A stretch of DNA of 64,000 bases, from assembly GCA_963977015.1 (NCBI GenBank), contig CAXBMO010000013.1:1-64000 (forward strand). The letters run 5' to 3'. Of this stretch, positions 57,368 through 64,000 are shown one piece after another. This stretch comes from an uncultured bacterium (GTDB lineage: Bacteria; Verrucomicrobiota; Verrucomicrobiia; Verrucomicrobiales; DEV007). The notes beneath the pieces were generated by a model, which was not told the DNA's origin, searched no databases, and saw only the letters and a program-made list of their open reading frames with translations. The position numbers and the translations under genes were made by a program. Numbering within the stretch: position 1 is the first letter of the stretch; each line of letters begins with the position of its first letter.

Positions 57368-58350
57368 TGCCACTCGATTACCTTCCTTCTCGACCGCGGC
57401 GCAATCGGAAGAGCCCTTCTATTCGTGGATTGATTCGCGAAACAAGTTTGTCAGCGAGTGATCTGATTCTCCCGCTTTTTGTTCAGGACGGGAGCACGGA
57501 CGAGCCGATTGATTCCATGCCGGGTTGCTTCCGGTGGAGTTTGGACGGTCTTTTGGGGGAAGTGGAGTCGGCGCATGAACTTGGAATTCATGCCGTTGTC
57601 CTGTTTCCTGCGATTCCAGACCGTTTGAAGAATTCAACGGCTGACGAATCCTGGAATCCCGAAGGCTTGATCCCGACGGTCATTTCCGCGATCAAGACGA
57701 GGTTTCCTGATGTTGCGGTGATTACGGACGTTGCGCTCGATCCTTACAACAGCGATGGGCATGATGGAGTCGTTTCCCAGGACGGAAGGATTCTGAACGA
57801 CGAAACCGTGGAAATCCTGTGCCGCCAAGCCATGTGCCATGCAGATGCAGGGGCGGATATCGTAGCGCCAAGTGACATGATGGACGGGCGAATTGGGGCC
57901 ATTCGGGCGGCTCTCGATGAGGGGAATCATCAGGAAGTATCGATTCTGAGCTATACGGCCAAGTATGCGAGCGCCTACTACGGTCCGTTTCGCGGTGCCT
58001 TGGATTCTGCCCCCAAATCGGGTGACAAAAAGACCTATCAGATGGACCCCGCGAACGCTCGTGAAGCACTTCGGGAAGCGATGCTGGACGAGTCTGAAGG
58101 TGCCGATATGATGATGGTCAAGCCGGCTGGCCCCTATTTGGACATCATCGCAAAACTAAGGGCAGAGGTCGATCTACCAATCGCTGCGTATCAAGTCAGT
58201 GGAGAGTATCTGATGATCAAATCGGCGGCTCAGGCAGGCTGGATCGACGAAGACAAGGTGGTTGCTGAGTCGCTGATGGGAATCAAGCGTGCCGGTGCTG
58301 ACATGATCCTTACCTATTTTGCGAAAGAATACGCAAAGCGAAAGGTTTGA
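57367..58350 (+). CDS. hemB: Porphobilinogen synthase (ALA dehydratase)
   Basis: RPRRNR, DVALDPY..DGHDG, APSDMMDGR, YGPFR, MVKPA, AAYQVSGEY. Confidence 0.98.
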   Translation: MPLDYLPSRPRRNRKSPSIRGLIRETSLSASDLILPLFVQDGSTDEPIDSMPGCFRWSLDGLLGEVESAHELGIHAVVLFPAIPDRLKNSTADESWNPEGLIPTVISAIKTRFPDVAVITDVALDPYNSDGHDGVVSQDGRILNDETVEILCRQAMCHADAGADIVAPSDMMDGRIGAIRAALDEGNHQEVSILSYTAKYASAYYGPFRGALDSAPKSGDKKTYQMDPANAREALREAMLDESEGADMMMVKPAGPYLDIIAKLRAEVDLPIAAYQVSGEYLMIKSAAQAGWIDEDKVVAESLMGIKRAGADMILTYFAKEYAKRKV

Positions 58351-58387
58351 AAAGTCTGGATAATATGGTAAATATGGCGCGTTCCTT

Positions 58388-59569
58388 ATGCGCGCTCACC
58401 ATCTCTTCTACCTAGCTGCCGTTACTGGCTTGTCTGTAGCATTGGCGACGCTGCAACGTTGGGAACCGGAGGCCGCGGCATCTTTGGATCCCGATGATTT
58501 TCTGCTGAACGCGGTGCTGTCAGCAAACTTGATTCGTTCACAAGCGGATCTCAAGCCGCTCGCAACGAGCAAGCACCTCCAGGAATCGATTCGGTCGTTC
58601 GCTGAAACGAACACCAGTCTCGGGGAAAATGCGTTACATTCGGTCTTCTCCCATGTTGAGAAGAGCCTACCTCAGGTTCACGAGCTTTCAGCCAACCTCG
58701 TCTACGCGAAGGAGAAGGAACAGTTGATCGCAGAACTGTCAAAATGGAAGGATCTGAGTTACGAAAACCATTCCCACTATGCAGTTTGGGTGTTTCGGGA
58801 CGATTCCAAGCGGCGATTGGGCTGTCTTGCTATGCTCGCCCGTCAATTGCCGGGTTTTGAAGTTCCCATGGATGCAAATGTATCGGGGGCTTACTACGCC
58901 ACCTGCAAACTTTGTGGTAAAGGCCATGGAATTTCCCTGAGCAACCAGGGCCAAAACACGCTGATCATCACCTGCCCCAACTGCAGGAAGCCTTACGATA
59001 TCATTGCATCGGACTCGAATGGTCAGTGGCGTCGGGCAAATCAGTTTTTCACCGGAATTCGCTCTGAGACCATTCAAAAAGGCGCCGAACCCATGGAGCA
59101 AGTCATGGCGATTTGGAAGGAAGTTTCGAACAAGTGCCGGTATCAATATGATGCAAAACGCATTTCAGGGAGCGATTCCTGGGAAAGTCCCATCGATACC
59201 TATCGCGTTGGTTCAGGTGATTGCGAGGACACATCGCTACTTCTGGTCGATTTACTGACTGGTTATGGGCTGGATGCGCGGGTTGCTCTGGGGAAGCACG
59301 GAGGGGAGGGCCATGCTTGGTGTGTCGTAAATATCGACGGACAGCAATACATCCTGGAATCCACCCGACAGAACGTGGACAAACTCGCGGAGCCGCCATC
59401 CATGGATGACATTGGTTTGGAATACCAGCCCGATTACCTTTTTGATCGCGAAGCCATCTATTTCAAAAGCCAATCGGGCTGGACCTGCAATTACTGGTCC
59501 GAGCAAAATTGGACCCGCGTCGATCATGGCGAACGGAACGCGGTGAATGTCGCGTCATTGACCGATTGA
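58388..59569 (+). CDS. Exported protein: CAP-like region, CxxC..CxxC zinc ribbon and transglutaminase-like cysteine protease domain
   Basis: N-terminal anchor, NLIR....LKPL, CKLC...CPNC, GDCED, GHAW, ILEST. Confidence 0.78.
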   Translation: MRAHHLFYLAAVTGLSVALATLQRWEPEAAASLDPDDFLLNAVLSANLIRSQADLKPLATSKHLQESIRSFAETNTSLGENALHSVFSHVEKSLPQVHELSANLVYAKEKEQLIAELSKWKDLSYENHSHYAVWVFRDDSKRRLGCLAMLARQLPGFEVPMDANVSGAYYATCKLCGKGHGISLSNQGQNTLIITCPNCRKPYDIIASDSNGQWRRANQFFTGIRSETIQKGAEPMEQVMAIWKEVSNKCRYQYDAKRISGSDSWESPIDTYRVGSGDCEDTSLLLVDLLTGYGLDARVALGKHGGEGHAWCVVNIDGQQYILESTRQNVDKLAEPPSMDDIGLEYQPDYLFDREAIYFKSQSGWTCNYWSEQNWTRVDHGERNAVNVASLTD

Positions 59570-59763
59570 TTGATAAACGCTCATCGAGACAAGTCTCGAA
59601 TGCGGAACGTTTGCCAAGACTCATTCGGAGTTTGTATCAGCGGTTTGGTTGCGGAAGGTGCACACGCTTCAGGTTGAGCCGATTCAGAAGGACCTTTACC
59701 CGGTGAATTTCCCTCTGATTTTGGGAAGAGTGTAGGGGGACAGTTAAATTGGGAGGGCGAGAC

Positions 59764-59792
59764 TTGCAGGCGCAACCGGTTGCCTCTAAGCT
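59764..59792 (+). promoter_or_regulatory. sigma70-type promoter with a palindrome in the spacer
   Basis: TTGCAG, 17 nt, TAAGCT. The spacer contains the perfect palindrome GCAACCGGTTGC. Confidence 0.55.
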
Positions 59793-59859
59793 AGTGAAGC
59801 GTGATTTTTCTCACTTTTGCTGCCAAAAATCGTATTTCACTCTTGGTCATGGCCTTTCG

Positions 59860-60039
59860 GGTTCTCCAGTGTGTCGGAATGCGTTGTGCGGCCTTGCCGA
59901 AGGAAAGCAGAGATCGACAGGAACCGGTTCAGCCAGAAGCACGGGAGAAGCGAAGTCTCCCCTTTCCGGCGCGGTTCCCTTTTGTCTGCTTTGCCGTGGA
60001 ATTCATGCTCCGAATTGGTTGGAGACCTCATTTCCAACC
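59860..60039 (+). ncRNA. Extended nested stem-loop: structured 5' leader or ncRNA, family unassigned
   Basis: Nested pairings CTCCA/TGGAG, TCGGA/TCCGA, AAAGCAGA/TCTGCTTT, GGAACCG/CGGTTCC and GGGAGA/TCTCCC. Confidence 0.5.
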
Positions 60040-60209
60040 TTTCCAACATCAAATTGCGAGGAATAACGGACTCAACTGCTTATCAAGCCAACTCGATCCA
60101 GGGGAAAACTTGCCGACGGCTTGGCTGAATTTTGGTCAATTCAGCCCCGAAGCAGCCACCAGTCAATTCCGGCGCGATACAAACGAAACAAACTCGAATA
60201 GTAAACGTA

Positions 60210-60944
60210 ATGTCGACAGCATCAGCTTCATCGAAAGAAGGTTCATCAAACCGCAACCGGAACAACCGCCGCCGAAATCGCAGCCAGGGAAATGGTCGCA
60301 GCGGGGGAAACCGAAATTATAATCAACAGTCCCGCAACGGCGGAGGAGGCCAAAGACGCAATCGCCGTCGCAGATCTCAGCCACCCAAGCCAAAGACATT
60401 TGGTGAGAAGGTTTCCGCCTTTTTCAAAAAGCTCTTGGGGATTGAGTCCAAGCCGAAATTGGGTCGTCAGCCCCAAAAGCGAGACGCCGGGAAAGCGAGC
60501 GAAAAGCGCTCTCAGCCTGAGAAATCCGAGCGGAAGCCGCAGCAACGCAAGGCTTCAGACAAGCCGAAACGCACACCAGTTCCCGTCGAGATCACCAGCG
60601 AACGCTTGTATGTTGGCAACCTGAATTACGAAGTCACGGAAGGCGATCTCTTTGATCTCTTTAGCGGAGCCGGCAAGGTGCAGAATGCGGAAGTGGTATG
60701 TCATCGGCACACACAGCGCAGCAAAGGCTATGCTTTCGTGGAAATGACGACAATCGATGAAGCACGTCGCGCCGCAGAGAAATTGCATGATCAGGACTTC
60801 ATGGGACGCAAGTTGGCCGTAACGGGAGCCAAGAGCGGTGGTCCAAAGGGGAAGGCAGCAGAAGCTGATGACATCGAGAAAACTTCTGAGGATCAGTCAG
60901 CAGACGTTGATACCAAGTCAACCGACGAGCAGGAAGCCGCCTAG
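60210..60944 (+). CDS. RRM RNA-binding protein with an N-terminal Arg/Asn-rich disordered region and an amphipathic helix
   Basis: RNP2 LYVGNL and RNP1 KGYAFVEM. Start taken at ATG 60210. Confidence 0.92.
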   Translation: MSTASASSKEGSSNRNRNNRRRNRSQGNGRSGGNRNYNQQSRNGGGGQRRNRRRRSQPPKPKTFGEKVSAFFKKLLGIESKPKLGRQPQKRDAGKASEKRSQPEKSERKPQQRKASDKPKRTPVPVEITSERLYVGNLNYEVTEGDLFDLFSGAGKVQNAEVVCHRHTQRSKGYAFVEMTTIDEARRAAEKLHDQDFMGRKLAVTGAKSGGPKGKAAEADDIEKTSEDQSADVDTKSTDEQEAA

Positions 60945-60967
60945 GCAGCTTTTCGTGAATTTTTGCG

Positions 60968-61002
60968 GGCCGTTCGGGAATGTCCCGAGCGGCCTTTTTT
61001 TT
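60968..61002 (+). terminator. Intrinsic terminator after the RRM gene
   Basis: 12-bp stem GGCCGTTCGGGA/TCCCGAGCGGCC followed by T8. Confidence 0.9.
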
Positions 61003-61007
61003 AGAGC

Positions 61008-61895
61008 ATGAACACGTTCTATCTCGTTGGGCCAACGGGATCCGGCAAGAGCAGCATCGCCCTGAGCTTGGCGGATTTGGTTGGGGGAGAAATTGTCAAT
61101 GCGGATGCGTTTCAGCTTTATAGCGGGCTGTCAGTGCTTACTGCCCGGCCATCCACAGAGGATGAAGAGCGTGTGCCACACCATTTGTATGGCGTATTGA
61201 ATCCAAACGAAGTCTGTCATGCGGGCCGATATTTGGAGATGGCTGAAGTCTCTTTGGAGGAAATCCATGCGCGGGGAAAAACGGCCATCGTCGTTGGCGG
61301 AAGTGGCCTCTATGTAAAGGCGCTTACCCACGGGTTGAACGACATGCCGGAAACGGATCCAGAAATTCGGGAGTCTTTGGATCGGTTGAGTCTGGAAGAA
61401 CTGCACGCAAAACTGGTGGAACTGGATCCCGTCTCATCAGCGGCCATTGAGCCCAACAACCGTCGGTATGTTCAGAGAGCCATTGAAATAAGTCTCTCAT
61501 CAGGACTGCCGGCCAGCGAACTCCGGAAAGCGTGGGAATCAGATTCTCAAGATCTGCGGGGAGTGACAATCGCAAGGGAACGAGAGATTCTGTATCGCCG
61601 AATTGATGAGCGGACGATTGAAATGTTTGCGGCTGGAGCCGTGGAGGAAGTGGCTTCGATTCCACATTTTTCTGAAACCGCGGAAAAGGCCATTGGGGTG
61701 AACCAAATCCGGAGTCTTCTTCAAGGGGAGACCGACAAAGAGGCATGTATTGCCGAGATCCAAAAGGCATCACGCCGCTATGCGAAGCGACAACTGACCT
61801 GGTTTCGGCGGGAAAAATGGCTCTTCGAATGGAACGTCGACAGTTTCAACCGTTCCCATGATGTTGCCTTGCGAATTCAGAAAGAGTTTTTCTGA
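61008..61895 (+). CDS. miaA: tRNA dimethylallyltransferase
   Basis: GPTGSGKS, NADAFQLY, PHHL, VGGSGLY, RRYAKRQLTWF. Confidence 0.97.
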   Translation: MNTFYLVGPTGSGKSSIALSLADLVGGEIVNADAFQLYSGLSVLTARPSTEDEERVPHHLYGVLNPNEVCHAGRYLEMAEVSLEEIHARGKTAIVVGGSGLYVKALTHGLNDMPETDPEIRESLDRLSLEELHAKLVELDPVSSAAIEPNNRRYVQRAIEISLSSGLPASELRKAWESDSQDLRGVTIAREREILYRRIDERTIEMFAAGAVEEVASIPHFSETAEKAIGVNQIRSLLQGETDKEACIAEIQKASRRYAKRQLTWFRREKWLFEWNVDSFNRSHDVALRIQKEFF

Positions 61896-61910
61896 GTTGA
61901 GGGGGGACGC

Positions 61911-61945
61911 AAAAAAATCGCGGATCGTTAGACGAAACCGCGATT
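61911..61945 (-). terminator. Intrinsic terminator of the minus-strand genes converging on miaA
   Basis: AATCGCGG/CCGCGATT stem with an A-run on the left. Confidence 0.75.
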
Positions 61946-61971
61946 CTGGAAAGTTGAGGAGGTTCGAGTGA

Positions 61972-62409
61972 TTACTTTGTCAGCAAAGCACTGCTGTTGG
62001 TCTCAATCGTGCTCTTGATGGCAGCAGCCAAGCCCTTTGCGTTATTTCCAGTGGCTCCCACGACGGTGGCGTTACTGGTGCTGATAATCTGAGCGACGTT
62101 CAATGGCCCGAGTGCCTTTCCGGCGACGAGGACGGTTGCTCCGGATGCTTGTCCGATTTGAACGGCAACCCCGGAGTCAACGGCGGCGCCTTTCATGAGA
62201 CTTTTTCCAGCCGCGGCGGAGTCAACGGTCGCAGAATCCACAATCGTCAAACCCAATGCCGCGAGCTCGGTGGTCAATGAAGCCCGGAATCCGGAGGCGC
62301 TGGGGCCCGAAAAATCGAGGACTCCGATTTTGACGTCCTGTGCTGAGGCGGTGGCCAGACAGGCGAAAAATAAGACGGCAAAGGATTTCGCAAAAAGTGG
62401 CAATTTCAT
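61972..62409 (-). CDS. Small secreted CsgG/FlgO/TolB-N-like fold protein
   Basis: Signal peptide, IGVLDF, IVD...VD, VD...AVQIGQ.SGA.VLV.G. Confidence 0.65.
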   Translation of the reverse strand: MKLPLFAKSFAVLFFACLATASAQDVKIGVLDFSGPSASGFRASLTTELAALGLTIVDSATVDSAAAGKSLMKGAAVDSGVAVQIGQASGATVLVAGKALGPLNVAQIISTSNATVVGATGNNAKGLAAAIKSTIETNSSALLTK

Positions 62410-62454
62410 TAGAGGGATGGGTGATGGGCAAATCGCCCGATTATTTAGGGTATC

Positions 62455-63033
62455 TTAAAGGTTTACGACCAATCTTTCCACTTTAAAGATGGCATTCTCT
62501 TGGTCGCCATTCAGATCTATTTGATCTACTTGATCGCCGTAAACGATGATTACTCGGCCTTCGATTGCTTCCAGAAGTTGGCAGTTAACCTGCTTGCCTC
62601 CGATGCTTGTGTCGAAGGCGGCTCCACTAAAAACATAGGCTTTGTTGCCATCGGGAGTTTGAACGGCATACATGACTTTCGAGACGCGCTTGACTCCGCC
62701 AGTTGCGGCGACGGTGGTTAAATTGCCGTCAGGAGTTTGAGTGATCGACGAGATGTTGCTGCCTCCGACGTATTTGGTGAGGGTATTGACCGTTTCCTGC
62801 TCCTGCTGAGTGACGAAGCCTGGTCCCTGAGATTGGGTTACGGCTGGAATCACCACCAGAATTACGGCGAGTCCGAAGATGATGACTCCCACGATCAGAA
62901 GGACACGTTTCCACGGGGATAGACCGAACTTGTGAATGGTGAGAGCGATACTGGCGACGCCGGAGAGCGCGGTGAAAATGTAGGCAAGAGCCTGTAACAC
63001 TTCGTCGCTGACGTAAGTTATGGCTGGAAACAT
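62455..63033 (-). CDS. Hypothetical membrane protein (2 TMs plus a soluble beta-rich domain)
   Basis: Two hydrophobic segments at the N-terminus. Start taken at ATG 63033. Confidence 0.65.
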   Translation of the reverse strand: MFPAITYVSDEVLQALAYIFTALSGVASIALTIHKFGLSPWKRVLLIVGVIIFGLAVILVVIPAVTQSQGPGFVTQQEQETVNTLTKYVGGSNISSITQTPDGNLTTVAATGGVKRVSKVMYAVQTPDGNKAYVFSGAAFDTSIGGKQVNCQLLEAIEGRVIIVYGDQVDQIDLNGDQENAIFKVERLVVNL

Positions 63034-63129
63034 GGGTATGTGCTGAGTTGAGGAGTTGGTCGCATCATGCCCTGACAATTATTCAGGTCAAGTTGCGTTG
63101 TTTTCAATCGCAGACGCCAAGGCGGAAAC

Positions 63130-64000
63130 CTATTGCGTAGACTCTAGCTGAGCCAAAAGAGGATTCAGGGTTGGCGCCATCCCTGGAGCCAACATCATGG
63201 CCCGTTTGTAGAGGCGGATTGCTTCAGACTTTTCGCCAAGTAAATCCAGCGCTCGTGCGAGATTGGCGGTGGCCAGCGAATGACGAGGGTAGCGATCCAC
63301 AACCGCTTCCAAATGCTTCCGCGCAGTCCTGAGGTGGCTGATTGACTCCTTGACTGCCGCAGGTTCGTAGAGTGTCAGGTGGGCTGTGCCGACATTGTTC
63401 AGAATTCGAGCGTCTTCAGAATCCAATTCAAGCGCTTTGTTGTAGCATTCGATCGCATGGGCGGAGACTTTGTAGTTGAGATAGACGTTCCCAAGATTGA
63501 ACCAGTGGTTGGGATTGTTCGGGTCAAGTGCCGTCGCTTTTTTGAGGTGCTCTTCAGCGCTAAACTGAAAATCGTTGGTTAAATAGGCCGCTCCCAATGC
63601 GCCATGGGCGTTCGCTTGGAGAGCTTTGTCCTCCGTCTTTTCGGCTTCAACTACCGCTTTTTGGCCATGGGCGACCGCAGTTTCGTGATTGCCGAGATCC
63701 GCGTACAGGTAGGCCAGTTCAGCGTGGGCGCCGGAATCCGGATCGAATCGTTGTTCCGCTCTTTCGATGGCCAGGGCCAATTGATGCCGGTTGATGGAGT
63801 GAGCCAAACGGATGGCTTTCGCCTCGTGATCGACCACCAACTGCAAATAAAGTTCGCCCACTTCGTCCGTCAGATTGGGCCCCCACTTCACCGCTTTCGG
63901 CACCGTATTCTGGCCTGACGAATTGCTGTAGACATATTTCATCTCCAGTCGGGTACCCGCTGGTAACTCGATTGGTTCTTTAAACTTGTAGTCTTCCTGG
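63130..64000 (-). CDS. Partial gene: C-terminal end of a PHM/copper type II monooxygenase-like domain followed by TPRs (5' end outside the window)
   Basis: The frame stays open upstream of ATG 63942 to the window end: QEDYKFKEPIELPAGTRLEMKYVYSNS...VKWGPNLTDEVGELYLQL, then canonical TPRs (WFNLGNVY, ILNNVG). Confidence 0.8.
   Translation of the reverse strand, partial: QEDYKFKEPIELPAGTRLEMKYVYSNSSGQNTVPKAVKWGPNLTDEVGELYLQLVVDHEAKAIRLAHSINRHQLALAIERAEQRFDPDSGAHAELAYLYADLGNHETAVAHGQKAVVEAEKTEDKALQANAHGALGAAYLTNDFQFSAEEHLKKATALDPNNPNHWFNLGNVYLNYKVSAHAIECYNKALELDSEDARILNNVGTAHLTLYEPAAVKESISHLRTARKHLEAVVDRYPRHSLATANLARALDLLGEKSEAIRLYKRAMMLAPGMAPTLNPLLAQLESTQ

Noticed and set aside
59860-60027. Firm call as 6S or SRP RNA
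   Set aside because: The size and rod shape fit loosely, but a large central bubble and the conserved motifs are not evident, so it is left unassigned.
59801-60322. 173-aa and other short ORFs in the RRM leader
   Set aside because: No protein-like motifs, they overlap the RRM gene out of frame, and RNA structure explains the region better.

Overview
A gene-dense bacterial chromosomal window. The sulfatase richness, the MoxR/vWA/TPR-PQQ clusters and the style of the ffh, pnp and RRM proteins suggest a PVC-superphylum organism, most likely Verrucomicrobiota; this is inference, not a database result. No rRNA, tRNA, CRISPR array, transposase, integrase or prophage gene was recognised. Contents in order: (1) three Cys-type sulfatases, an AsmA-like gene and a tripartite tricarboxylate transporter with a TctC-TctB fusion; (2) a co-oriented minus-strand run of about 17 kb: MoxR, TPR/beta-propeller, DUF58, BatA/vWA, then a glycan module (DUF4091 hydrolase, GNAT, GT4, tail-less Wzc, GT-C, sulfatase); (3) a STEAP-like haem membrane protein; (4) ffh-rpsP-khpA and rpsO-pnp; (5) a trypsin/DUF1080/SirB1 fusion and a giant TPM coiled-coil protein; (6) a Bat operon split into two convergent halves around pcd, cysK, an orphan hicB, a LolCDE-like ABC system with a LolA-like partner and an M20 peptidase; (7) chaN-glgP-hemB; (8) an RRM protein with a disordered Arg/Asn region and a predicted membrane-targeting helix, behind a highly structured leader of about 410 nt and directly upstream of miaA; (9) a partial PHM-like/TPR gene at the right edge. 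The strongest candidates for undescribed biology are the RRM locus, the MoxR-TPR/propeller-glycan run and the STEAP-like protein.
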